The notes below the pieces were generated by a model, which had not been told where the DNA came from, did not search any database, and saw only the letters and a list, made by a program, of their open reading frames with translations. From the IMG/VR virus record IMGVR_UViG_3300045988_127881: 64,000 bases of DNA; one strand, given 5' to 3'. A program made the translations under genes and the position numbers. This document shows positions 9,891-18,592 of the stretch, in pieces; the first letter of the stretch is position 1; every line of letters begins with the position of its first letter. This stretch comes from a virus.

Positions 9891-10543
9891 CTTTATGGTA
9901 CACGGATTCCGTTCGATTCGGAGTAAGGGCACAACATATTTAAGCACTTACAAAGTGCTTAAAGGCGTGCAAAATGCACGCTGCACGACTACAAACCGCG
10001 ATTTGTTGGCAGTTGGCCGCGTTGGCTGATAACTTACAAAGTGCGTGCAAAGTGGGACAAATAGCCGCGTTGGCTACCTACTTATGCACAACCTTTGGCA
10101 AATTGTATGGAGGTTGTACGGCAAATTCGCTCTTTGACTTATTGGACAAAAAAATATTGGTTTGCCTGTAATGTATACAGGCGTGCACGCACTCGCTTAA
10201 ATAGTTCGGGGTGCGTGCCGAATCCTCGTAACTATTCGCGTGCTATTTTAGTGCGTTGCCGGCCGTTTTAAATAGGTTGAATCTAAATACATTAATTACG
10301 GACGCATCCGTGATTGATTCGGGTAATTTTGACGGCTTTATACCTTCCTATTTTGTACACAAAATCCGAAAGGAACAAAAGTGCACGCGCCCAGTTTGGG
10401 CCGTATGGTAAAAATAGGGCAAAACTTTTCCCTCGTGTAGGGGTTTTTGGCCGTGCCTTTATGGCAAGGAACGGACAAACAGCGGAAATACAAAGAGAAA
10501 CGAGTAATTTTTTTTTGGTGGAATGGTTAACCACCTGACGTAA
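9891..10543. repeat. ORF-poor region dense in dyads and short direct repeats
   Basis: Hairpins at 9940-9962 (10 bp), 9965-9981 (GCGTGCA/TGCACGC) and 10165-10181. Direct repeats GCCGCGTTGGCT (10016, 10064) and ACTTACAAAGTGC (9946, 10032). Many GCGTGC motifs. 16-bp palindrome ATTTTGTACACAAAAT near 10350. Confidence 0.6.
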
Positions 10544-10603
10544 CACGTACGCACGCGAAAATTCGTGTGTACGTGCAAGTATTAACCAATAAAAAATAAA
10601 AAT

Positions 10604-10843
10604 ATGTCTTTTTGGTGTTATGACAAAAAAGCAATTTCTTGTATGCGTGAAAACGCAAACAAGATAGAATTTATTTTGCTGCCTCTTGGCGGCAACTTTG
10701 ACAGCCATGTTAACAACGTTATTACTAACGTTGAGAATTTTGGCTGCACATACGACAGCACAAACGAAATTTTAGAGGACTTCGTTTGGGAAGCAAAGAG
10801 ATACGTTGAGTATGTTATTAAAACGTACTACAAAAACGTATAA
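10604..10843 (+). CDS. hypothetical small protein
   Basis: 79-aa ORF preceded by a 12-bp hairpin (10544-10575) and TTAACCAATAAAAAATAAAAAT. Confidence 0.6.
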   Translation: MSFWCYDKKAISCMRENANKIEFILLPLGGNFDSHVNNVITNVENFGCTYDSTNEILEDFVWEAKRYVEYVIKTYYKNV

Positions 10844-10882
10844 CGATGACGCAAGCAATTTGTTTTGCTTGCGTCAACTTTA

Positions 10883-10918
10883 TTATCAACCCTATAAAAC
10901 CAATAAAAATGAAAGCTA
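10883..10918 (+). repeat. 36-nt exact repeat, copy A (box + first 10 nt of ORF)
   Basis: ttatcaaccctataaaaccaataaaaatgaaagcta, identical to 11423-11458. Confidence 0.9.
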
Positions 10919-11178
10919 TTGAACTGTTGAAAAGAGTCACAAAACACGATTCGGAATGTCATGTTTGCTATATCTATGATATGGCAGATATGGATGTAGT
11001 AAGCGGAACTTTTGACAAAAAAGCTGAATATTTACTCACAGAAAAACCATTCCGTGATGCTTTTGGCATACATGTGACTTCAGATTGCGCCTTATACGGC
11101 GCAATTTACAGCGAAACGCTGTGCGCTCCCAAAGAGCCAGAGAATAAACTATGGTTTGCGTACATCATTGAGGACTAA
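10909..11178 (+). CDS. hypothetical small protein
   Basis: The ATG after the box (MKAIELLKRVTKHD...) is preferred. The track start at 10846 lies inside the hairpin 10848-10875. Confidence 0.6.
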   Translation: MKAIELLKRVTKHDSECHVCYIYDMADMDVVSGTFDKKAEYLLTEKPFRDAFGIHVTSDCALYGAIYSETLCAPKEPENKLWFAYIIED

Positions 11179-11234
11179 AAGGTATTCGGGTGTTTGACGC
11201 GCCCGAATGCTACGAAAACCAAAAAACCAATGAT

Positions 11235-11384
11235 ATGAAAGATTTAGTACTTCTTATTTCTGTAATAGCATTTGCAATCAGTTTGTTATGCTGTAATTTC
11301 CTCGCCATTGTGGCAAGTTTAATCCCGTTTTTCAGTGCCTTCATACCAGAGTTGTATGATGGCGCAAAAGAGGAAATGCCGTAA
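11235..11384 (+). CDS. small membrane protein (49 aa)
   Basis: ATG after hairpin 11182-11210 and AAAACCAAAAAACCAAT. One hydrophobic helix (LVLLISVIAFAISLLCCNFLAIVASLIPFF). Confidence 0.5.
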   Translation: MKDLVLLISVIAFAISLLCCNFLAIVASLIPFFSAFIPELYDGAKEEMP

Positions 11385-11422
11385 TTCTATCGCCTGCAAT
11401 TTGGTTTGTAGGCGATAGCTTT

Positions 11423-11458
11423 TTATCAACCCTATAAAACCAATAAAAATGAAAGCTA
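11423..11458 (+). repeat. 36-nt exact repeat, copy B
   Basis: Identical to 10883-10918. It precedes an ORF non-homologous to the one after copy A. Confidence 0.9.
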
Positions 11459-11871
11459 CATTAAAATTCAGTTTCGGCAATGTTGTAATGTCTTCACGCT
11501 TAGTTGATGGCGATTATCAATTTAATGGAGACGACTCCCGATTTAACCATCACTACCGCTTTCAGGTAAGAATCCAATTTAATGAGAATGTAAGATATTT
11601 CTCTTATTGGACCTCATTCGAGGACTGGAGAAACGGGAAAGAACAACTTGACGAGTCCGACTACATGAACGCATTAAATTGCGTATTGTCGGACTCATAC
11701 GCTGCACAGTGTTCATTTAAGGACTTTTGCAGCGAGTTCGGTTATAGTGATGATAGCATCAAAGCCTTGAAAACATACAAGGAATGTAAGCGAAATGCTG
11801 AAAGACTTAATAAACTATTCAGCGGTTTGGATTTATTGTCGGTCCAAAACGAACTCGAAGAAATGATGTAA
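11449..11871 (+). CDS. hypothetical protein
   Basis: 140-aa ORF after hairpin 11387-11418 and the box. Confidence 0.65.
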   Translation: MKATLKFSFGNVVMSSRLVDGDYQFNGDDSRFNHHYRFQVRIQFNENVRYFSYWTSFEDWRNGKEQLDESDYMNALNCVLSDSYAAQCSFKDFCSEFGYSDDSIKALKTYKECKRNAERLNKLFSGLDLLSVQNELEEMM

Positions 11872-11934
11872 AAAACCGACACACCTCTTGCAAGGTGTGT
11901 CGGTACATTGTTTAACCCACTTAAAACCAATAAG

Positions 11935-12180
11935 ATGAAGATTTTCAGTGAACAAAGTTTGCGCCATTTCGATTTTTGGGGTGGTGCTCAGGAAAATGCA
12001 AATGAATTGTCATGGGAACAATTCGACAACCTTGAATCAATTCTCGAAGATGCCTATCCCGATGGCATTGACGCAACCGACTTGAATGACATGATGTGGT
12101 TCGAGTTCGACACCATCAAAGAATGGTTAGGAATCGAGGACGAAGAAGACGAGGACGAAGAAGACGAAGAAGAAGACTAA
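11935..12180 (+). CDS. small highly acidic protein (DNA-mimic / anti-restriction candidate)
   Basis: 81 aa from the ATG after the box. Asp/Glu rich, ending in EDEEDEDEEDEEED. Confidence 0.55.
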   Translation: MKIFSEQSLRHFDFWGGAQENANELSWEQFDNLESILEDAYPDGIDATDLNDMMWFEFDTIKEWLGIEDEEDEDEEDEEED

Positions 12181-12245
12181 AAACAGGGTGCGCATTGTCG
12201 AAAGTGCGCACCCTGCAATTTATAAACCAATTAAAACCAAATATT

Positions 12246-12560
12246 ATGACATACGTAGTTAATAACAGCGAATGCGGAGACAAGAATTTCAAAGTGTACC
12301 TGTGGACAGGCGCAGGCTACAATGTAGCCATGTTTGAAGTCTTCGCATTTAACGAAGGACACGCATTGGAGTGCGTATTAGCATATTGCGAGGAAAAAGC
12401 CCTTTGTGGGCTGTATACCACAGAAGAACAAATAGACGAAGACCTTACAGACGAAGAACGGGACGAACTTTATTACTACATCGACCCCACAATGGAAGAT
12501 AAAAAGGCATTCTCTGCATACGTCCTTCTTGAAAATCTTATGATTGAAAAGGTTGCGTAA
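12246..12560 (+). CDS. hypothetical acidic protein
   Basis: ATG after hairpin 12184-12215 and the box (MTYVVNNSECGDK...). The track start at 12096 is an upstream extension overlapping the previous gene. Confidence 0.6.
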   Translation: MTYVVNNSECGDKNFKVYLWTGAGYNVAMFEVFAFNEGHALECVLAYCEEKALCGLYTTEEQIDEDLTDEERDELYYYIDPTMEDKKAFSAYVLLENLMIEKVA

Positions 12561-12642
12561 TGCAACATGCGTAGTGTTTAGTAGGCTGTGCGGCTTTATT
12601 GTCGCACAGCTAACTTTTTAACCACTAAAAACAAAACCAATT

Positions 12643-13131
12643 ATGAAAAATTTATCAGAACTCAGCACAAGCGAACTGCTCAACGTAATAGAGGATAACG
12701 AAACCCTGTCAAACAGGCTTTACGAACTCATAGAGCAATCCGCTATGGGTTGGGTAGGCGAAAAGTTAGAAGTAATTAGAAACTCTCTTAAAGATTGGAG
12801 CATAGGTTTCTATAATTACAACTTCCTCGATGTCGTTGACTACGAAAAGTTTGTGGACTCACTCGTAGAGTATAAAGGCATTTTCGGCCTGTCAGACAAG
12901 GCTGACAAACTATTGTCGCACTGTCTGAAACTGCGATGGAGCAACCTTTTCGATTACTATGCCGAAAGGCTAAAGGATTTAATCCTCGATGAGGAATTTA
13001 ACAGCGAAACGGATATAGACTACAACAATATGGAGTACTACACCGAAATCTACGCTGACCAATTCGATGATTACCTAATCAATGACGATGGCGAAATCAT
13101 ACAACAAACCATTGTCGGGCATGTCGCATAA
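12643..13131 (+). CDS. hypothetical acidic protein
   Basis: 162-aa ORF after hairpin 12582-12612 and the box. Confidence 0.65.
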   Translation: MKNLSELSTSELLNVIEDNETLSNRLYELIEQSAMGWVGEKLEVIRNSLKDWSIGFYNYNFLDVVDYEKFVDSLVEYKGIFGLSDKADKLLSHCLKLRWSNLFDYYAERLKDLILDEEFNSETDIDYNNMEYYTEIYADQFDDYLINDDGEIIQQTIVGHVA

Positions 13132-13199
13132 CAATGCTTGGGCGTATTTATACACGCCCAAGCAACACAATTTTTTAACCCACTTAAAACCAATAAATT

Positions 13200-13955
13200 A
13201 TGAGAATGTACAGCGACGCGAAAGGATTCACAATGATTGACGGAACTCTTACAGAAGTGACATTAAAAAAATTGATTGTCACCCGTCAAAGTGTCGAAGA
13301 CGAGGAATACGAAGTAACAACCATTTTCCAAGGTCCTGACGGCAAAGAGCACAGCTCTCAAATCCCTATACAGATGTATAGTAGTGTCGAGGATTACGAA
13401 AAAGGAGAACAGGCGTGCTATGAAGTTTGTAGCTCGCCTTTCTACATCCGTCCCGACGGATTCCGAGGCATTGACGAAGCATGGATTTTCGTTGACGGAG
13501 AACCTGTGACAATAGACATCAGACCTTTGGAAGTAGTTTACGACTACGAACAAAGAACTTGGACTTGTGAAGGCGTTCCTCAAACGAATATCTTCCGTAC
13601 TAAAGAAGAATGCCTGTCTTTCAACGAGTATGACGTAAAACATGCCGACGGCAGCGTTACAAAGCGTGTCGGTATCAACAAACTCGTAATGCTCGACAAC
13701 GACCAAATGGCGTTATTCGACACGCTGAAACAGACAATTCAGCAACTCAAAGACAACAATGTATTGTTGATGCCTGACTACGATGGCGACATAAGAGCAT
13801 TTAACCTCCGTAATGTCAAAGAATGGGACTGCGATTATGACGAACCCGAAGAAGGAGAAGGCTTTGAAGAAGTGTCACGCGAACACGATTCCTTCCAAGG
13901 AATCAGCATTCCAGCATATTCCTTGGATTGCCACCTCTGCATGAAGCGTAAGTAA
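13200..13955 (+). CDS. hypothetical protein, paralog of 15702..16484
   Basis: 251 aa. Shares TKEECLS(F/Y)NEY, A(F/Y)N(L/V)R and a terminal (M/I)KRK with the 15702 gene. Confidence 0.7.
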   Translation: MRMYSDAKGFTMIDGTLTEVTLKKLIVTRQSVEDEEYEVTTIFQGPDGKEHSSQIPIQMYSSVEDYEKGEQACYEVCSSPFYIRPDGFRGIDEAWIFVDGEPVTIDIRPLEVVYDYEQRTWTCEGVPQTNIFRTKEECLSFNEYDVKHADGSVTKRVGINKLVMLDNDQMALFDTLKQTIQQLKDNNVLLMPDYDGDIRAFNLRNVKEWDCDYDEPEEGEGFEEVSREHDSFQGISIPAYSLDCHLCMKRK

Positions 13956-14022
13956 CCACATTCCCCACGTCCATTGTCGGGCGTGGGGAAACGTATTATC
14001 AACCACTTAAAACCAATTTACA

Positions 14023-14382
14023 ATGAAACAGAATAAAAACAAAGTGCCTGTTTATTATGCGTATGTGGCCTCATCTCCTTTCAATGGCGAAAGATTCGAC
14101 CTCGAAACGCTGAATTATGACAGCCTTTTGCAACGCATGATTCCTCGTGACAAAGGAAACATTTGCCTTAATTTCGTTTTCAGCAAGCTGCGCAAATGCG
14201 ACAAAATAATGTCGGAAAATGAAAGGTACGCTCTCATAATAAACAATGCACCTTTCGGAGTTAGGCTCGATTTATATCGCAAAATAACGGAAAAGGAAAT
14301 AAAGGAAACTATTCAGCGAGTGGGTGTCACCCGTTTCGCCATCAAAGAAGTACAAGATATTGCAAAATCAATGGGACTTTAA
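14023..14382 (+). CDS. hypothetical protein
   Basis: 119-aa ORF after hairpin 13961-13990 and the box. Confidence 0.65.
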   Translation: MKQNKNKVPVYYAYVASSPFNGERFDLETLNYDSLLQRMIPRDKGNICLNFVFSKLRKCDKIMSENERYALIINNAPFGVRLDLYRKITEKEIKETIQRVGVTRFAIKEVQDIAKSMGL

Positions 14383-14387
14383 GCACA

Positions 14388-14419
14388 TTTGCCGTGTGGT
14401 CGTAAAACTACACGGCAAA
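14388..14419 (+). terminator. cassette hairpin (12 bp), homologous to 15639-15668
   Basis: TTTGCCGTGTGG-tcgtaaaa-CTACACGGCAAA, then CCATTTTCAACCACCTAAAACCAAT. Confidence 0.6.
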
Positions 14420-14450
14420 CCATTTTCAACCACCTAAAACCAATCCAAAA

Positions 14451-15245
14451 ATGAAAAAGTACAAATTAACTGACGAAACAACTATTGCCCTTGGTGTTAC
14501 ACTTTATAGAATTGTAGCACTAATTGACTTTGCTGACGTGAAAAAAGGCGACAAAGGAGGATTTGTAAAATCTGAAGAAAACCTTTCACAAAATGGCGAT
14601 TGTTGGGTCTATGGAGATGCTAAGGTATTTGACAGAGCCAAAGTCTTTGAAGATGCCAAGGTATATAGCAAAGCTGAGGTATATGGCGATGCCGAGGTAT
14701 ATGGCAAAGCTCGAGTCGATAACAAAGCTCGAGTCTTTGGCAATGCTTTTGTCTTTGGCAATGCTTATGTCTTTAGCTATGCTGAAGTCTGTGACTATGC
14801 TATTGTCTGTGAAGATGCTGCCGTACATGGCTATGCTGCTGTCTTTGGCGAAGCTACAATAGGCGACAGCGCTCGTGTATGGGGCAATGCTGAAGTTTAT
14901 GGCAACTCTGAAATATGTGACAATGCTCATGTAGGTGACAATGCTGAAATCTGTGGCAATACTAAAGTCTTTGGAGATGCTGGAGTCTTTGGAGATGCTG
15001 AAATCTATGGCGATGCTGAAATAAGTGGTCAAAGTGACTACATAGTATTCAAAAATTGGTGGAGCAGCGGACGTTACTTCACTTGGACACGAAGCAACAA
15101 CAAATGGAAAGTTGGTGACTTCTATGGAACTGGCGAAGAATTGATAAGGAAAGCCTATGCCGATAGCAAAATGAGCGGAAAAGAGTACGAACGCATCGTG
15201 AAATATGTTGAGAGTATACTCAATGATGATGCTATTTCTATCTGA
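14451..15245 (+). CDS. hexapeptide-repeat (beta-helix) protein, paralog of 53455..54198
   Basis: About 24 consecutive 6-residue repeats of xAxVxG type (GDAKVF DRAKVF EDAKVY...). Conserved C-terminal domain DYIVFKNWWSSGRYFTWTRSNNKW. Confidence 0.75.
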   Translation: MKKYKLTDETTIALGVTLYRIVALIDFADVKKGDKGGFVKSEENLSQNGDCWVYGDAKVFDRAKVFEDAKVYSKAEVYGDAEVYGKARVDNKARVFGNAFVFGNAYVFSYAEVCDYAIVCEDAAVHGYAAVFGEATIGDSARVWGNAEVYGNSEICDNAHVGDNAEICGNTKVFGDAGVFGDAEIYGDAEISGQSDYIVFKNWWSSGRYFTWTRSNNKWKVGDFYGTGEELIRKAYADSKMSGKEYERIVKYVESILNDDAISI

Positions 15246-15345
15246 TTTTGCTAATCTTATGAAATGAAGGAATCTTATTGCGTATCACTTTTGTCGGTGA
15301 TACGCAAACTTTGTATAACCTATTAAACCAATAAAGCAAAACAAC

Positions 15346-15567
15346 ATGAAAGCAAAAGAATTTTTGAAAGACCTGCTTCGATTGGATTTGGTCACTGGCT
15401 CAACCTATATGAAGTCATCATACGAATTGAAGATAATCAGTGGCGAGCTAAAGCCAAGGTCGCTGTATTATTTCTCATTCAAAAAAAGTGACTTGAAGGC
15501 CGAGCCTGACGTAACGCTTACTTTAGGAGGTGGAGATGTCCAGTACCTCTGGAAAATTGAGTCGTGA
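15346..15567 (+). CDS. hypothetical small protein
   Basis: 73-aa ORF after hairpin 15278-15307 and the box. Confidence 0.55.
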   Translation: MKAKEFLKDLLRLDLVTGSTYMKSSYELKIISGELKPRSLYYFSFKKSDLKAEPDVTLTLGGGDVQYLWKIES

Positions 15568-15638
15568 AACACGCGGGAACGTTTCTTGCAACGCCTGCCG
15601 CATTTGCAAGGAATGTAATTTTTCAACAACTAACCTTA

Positions 15639-15668
15639 TTGTCGTGTGGTCTTAACATCACACGACAA
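15639..15668 (+). terminator. cassette hairpin (11 bp), homologous to 14388-14419
   Basis: TTGTCGTGTGG-tcttaaca-TCACACGACAA, then ACCATTTTATTAACCACTAAAAACAAACCAAT. Differs from the 14388 copy by a compensatory C:G to T:A change. Confidence 0.6.
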
Positions 15669-15701
15669 ACCATTTTATTAACCACTAAAAACAAACCAAT
15701 T

Positions 15702-16484
15702 ATGATGACCTACAACGAAAACTCATGCGAAATTTTCTCTACTAATGAAGCTTTCTTCTTCGACGAAGAAAAAGCTCAGTTACTACAAGTTCTACTTGTA
15801 GAAACTCATTTCATACGCGATAGCAAGTCCCTGGGAACAGTCCATGCACGAACCTACGCAAAAGTCGTGGACAGCGATAAAATTATCGAAATTGAAGAAA
15901 CCGAGGTCTATGCGTCAAGGCTCGATTTTGAAAGAGGGAAACGTCTTGCATGCAGCACAAACAACCCGTTCAAATGTCTTGCTGCCTCGTATGGAAGTGA
16001 CGTGGTTTGGACATTCCAGCACGGGTGTCCTGTTTCACAAAAAGTGTCGGATATAAAAGTTGTCAAATACGACTACGATTATGACCGATTCACAAGTACC
16101 GAATTACCCGACAGAGAACACATCTACCCAACAAAAGAAGAATGCCTCTCTTACAACGAATACGAAATTGTCGACGAGGAAGGAACTCGCACAATAAAAG
16201 GTTGTAATGCACTCATTCAATTAACAAGAGAACAGGAGGAACTTGTAAAGCAGTTCGAGCAACTTTGCAAAAAAATGCAAGACGAGGGTATTTTGCTCGC
16301 AAGTAATTGCTGCGAAGCATTCAGAGCATACAACGTGCGCGATTGTCAAGATTACGAGTTCTACTTCACAAACGAAGCATCTGAAGATTTTGAGCAATGC
16401 GACCGAGATTGCGGACGATACGTAAACGCACAAAACATCTACGAGAGCGGAGACGATTTTGAACTCTACATCAAACGCAAGTAA
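15702..16484 (+). CDS. hypothetical protein, paralog of 13200..13955
   Basis: ATG after the box (MMTYNENSCEIF...). The track start at 15564 runs through the hairpin. Confidence 0.7.
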   Translation: MMTYNENSCEIFSTNEAFFFDEEKAQLLQVLLVETHFIRDSKSLGTVHARTYAKVVDSDKIIEIEETEVYASRLDFERGKRLACSTNNPFKCLAASYGSDVVWTFQHGCPVSQKVSDIKVVKYDYDYDRFTSTELPDREHIYPTKEECLSYNEYEIVDEEGTRTIKGCNALIQLTREQEELVKQFEQLCKKMQDEGILLASNCCEAFRAYNVRDCQDYEFYFTNEASEDFEQCDRDCGRYVNAQNIYESGDDFELYIKRK

Positions 16485-16545
16485 TCCAATCCTGCCAAGT
16501 CGCTAAACACTTGGCAGGTACACAAACCAACAAAAACCAATTATT

Positions 16546-16845
16546 ATGAAAGAAACTCTGTTAAAGACACTCCGTTTGAACAATCGCGACTATCTGAAAA
16601 TTCTACATAGGACAAAACAGACTATTATTGATTATGTCGCAAGCAAAGGCAATAACTACGAGTTCAAAAAATACTACGGCCACTTAATGACAAGGCATAG
16701 TAAGGAAACTTTCGTAATCCGAAGAATATCCGTAAATAGAGGAATAGCAAACGTATATAGCGACTACAATTATTGGTTCTACTTAGATGACTTCGATTTA
16801 CAAAATCTGAACAAAATAATTGAGGCGCTATCAATAGACGAGTGA
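16546..16845 (+). CDS. hypothetical protein
   Basis: 99-aa ORF after hairpin 16491-16518 and the box. Confidence 0.6.
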   Translation: MKETLLKTLRLNNRDYLKILHRTKQTIIDYVASKGNNYEFKKYYGHLMTRHSKETFVIRRISVNRGIANVYSDYNYWFYLDDFDLQNLNKIIEALSIDE

Positions 16846-16908
16846 TTAAAATGCAGCATAATTTTGTTATGTGCTGCATACCTCACAACCCAACTAAAAC
16901 CAATTAAC

Positions 16909-17223
16909 ATGAAAAGTTTATTAGAACTATCCGAAGAACATCGTCAGATGCTTAACGACATCTCCGACAAGGACATGTGCGCCATCGAAACGTTCTTGCA
17001 ACATCGCGAAAGGAACACCTACTATTTCCGTACAGCTGTCAAACTGCACGACATTGTCAACAATCTCACATTCAAGGCCATCGGGGTAGGTATCACACAC
17101 AAAGGGACTTTATCCGCTATAATTGACGAATATTATAGCATAGACCTCATGCAATTCGACTACCTGTCAATTAACCGGGTCTTAATGCAAATCGGCATGG
17201 AAACAGACAACAAGGTGAGCTGA
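16909..17223 (+). CDS. hypothetical protein
   Basis: ATG after hairpin 16851-16879 and the box (MKSLLELSEEHRQ...). Confidence 0.6.
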   Translation: MKSLLELSEEHRQMLNDISDKDMCAIETFLQHRERNTYYFRTAVKLHDIVNNLTFKAIGVGITHKGTLSAIIDEYYSIDLMQFDYLSINRVLMQIGMETDNKVS

Positions 17224-17262
17224 TACAAGGCAGCGCGAGGGGTTCGACTCTCCTCACACCTG
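17213..17262 (+). ncRNA. tRNA-like minihelix (T-arm plus imperfect acceptor stem)
   Basis: T-arm AGGGG-TTCGACT-CTCCT (17238-17254). Flanking AGGTGAG/CACACCT pair at 6 of 7 positions. Occupies the slot where other cassettes have a plain hairpin. Confidence 0.3.
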
Positions 17263-17297
17263 CAAAACCAACAAACCAACTTAAAAAAACCAACGCA

Positions 17298-17606
17298 ATG
17301 GATAAAAATATTGCCAGCAATACACTTACAGACAAGTTAAGGAATGACGCAATCTCATCTATCAATGAATATTGCAAAGAACTTGACTTCGACGGAGTTC
17401 TCCGCCTCAACAATCCTATACAAGGCTACAACGTCCACACAAATGAGCCTATTACCATTGTGGGTGTCCGTATCGGCACAGACAACGCTGCATTAAGTGT
17501 TGAAGCGAAAGGATATATCATTGATTATGCCTACGAATTACAGGACGCTGACATCAACTCGCTACTTTCCATTTCAGTAGCTATTATGGACGGACTTACT
17601 TATTAA
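17298..17606 (+). CDS. hypothetical protein
   Basis: 102-aa ORF with an A/C-rich box-like leader. Confidence 0.6.
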   Translation: MDKNIASNTLTDKLRNDAISSINEYCKELDFDGVLRLNNPIQGYNVHTNEPITIVGVRIGTDNAALSVEAKGYIIDYAYELQDADINSLLSISVAIMDGLTY

Positions 17607-17834
17607 AATCTCTCCTAATGTGGCATTTGGTTGACACATTGGGGCATCTCAAACCAACTAAAATCACGTACAACGCCAAAAATGGCATTGTCGCACACCC
17701 TCCGTATTACAAAAACAACTATATTTGCAATTAGTACAGATAAAGAACAACGCTGATAATATTTTTCATTCTATCATTAGTGGTGCGGATTTACTTCCAT
17801 GCCACTAACCATGTTTAACCAATTAAAACCAATA

Positions 17835-18581
17835 ATGAGATATTTTTTTTATTACGCGTCTGTTGCCTATATACAGGATACCTATAACAAAAGGTTCTTG
17901 GATAAATTTAGAAGTGAAGGAGATTATCGTAAGCTACTACTAATAGCTGAGACCTATGACTCATACGGTGCCATAGACTTGAAATACACCTATAAAAGTG
18001 CTACGCATAACAATGGTGACACTTTGCTGATAGAAGATGAGCATTACGCTTTGACGTATAATTCTTCAAATGGCGGCACCTATGAGTTGTTTCGCAAGGA
18101 GACAGGAATAGGACTCCGTAACTATATTGCTCAAAACGGATTACCTTCTGAGGTATCAAAGGACATTGAAGAGTTGGCAAAATCGCACTCAGAACCGACC
18201 CCAAAAATTAAGGCAAAGGAAATCGTTAGCGCCATTTTCAAGTACGGGCTGTTAAGCGCATACGAGGCGTGCGAGCTAAAAGAGGAGTACAAAACCCTAT
18301 CCGACAAAAAGAAAAAGTATAAAGGCTGGACCACTGAGGAGAAATACCTTAGTGATAACTGCATCACGCCCATAGCTTACGGCATGATTGTTTGTGGCGC
18401 ACTATGCGCCATCTGTTTCCTTGCTTGCATTGGCTCTGTATTTCTCATCTCCGCCTGTGGGTGGGGTGGTGCAGTAGTCTATGCTGCACTTCTTTTCATC
18501 GTCCTTTACATAGCCTCTATTTACTTCTACCAGAGGTTCTATTGGTACGAAATGCCTAAGTATAACATCGAAAACAGATAA
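17835..18581 (+). CDS. membrane-anchored hypothetical protein
   Basis: ATG after the box (MRYFFYYASVAY...). Two to three C-terminal hydrophobic helices. Confidence 0.6.
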   Translation: MRYFFYYASVAYIQDTYNKRFLDKFRSEGDYRKLLLIAETYDSYGAIDLKYTYKSATHNNGDTLLIEDEHYALTYNSSNGGTYELFRKETGIGLRNYIAQNGLPSEVSKDIEELAKSHSEPTPKIKAKEIVSAIFKYGLLSAYEACELKEEYKTLSDKKKKYKGWTTEEKYLSDNCITPIAYGMIVCGALCAICFLACIGSVFLISACGWGGAVVYAALLFIVLYIASIYFYQRFYWYEMPKYNIENR

Positions 18582-18592
18582 CACACACCATC

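Noticed and set aside
9974-10708. ORFs 9974..10171(+), 10292..10708(-) and 10314..10538(+)
   Set aside because: They have no cassette signature, run through multiple palindromes, and have unremarkable or odd composition. The region behaves as non-coding.
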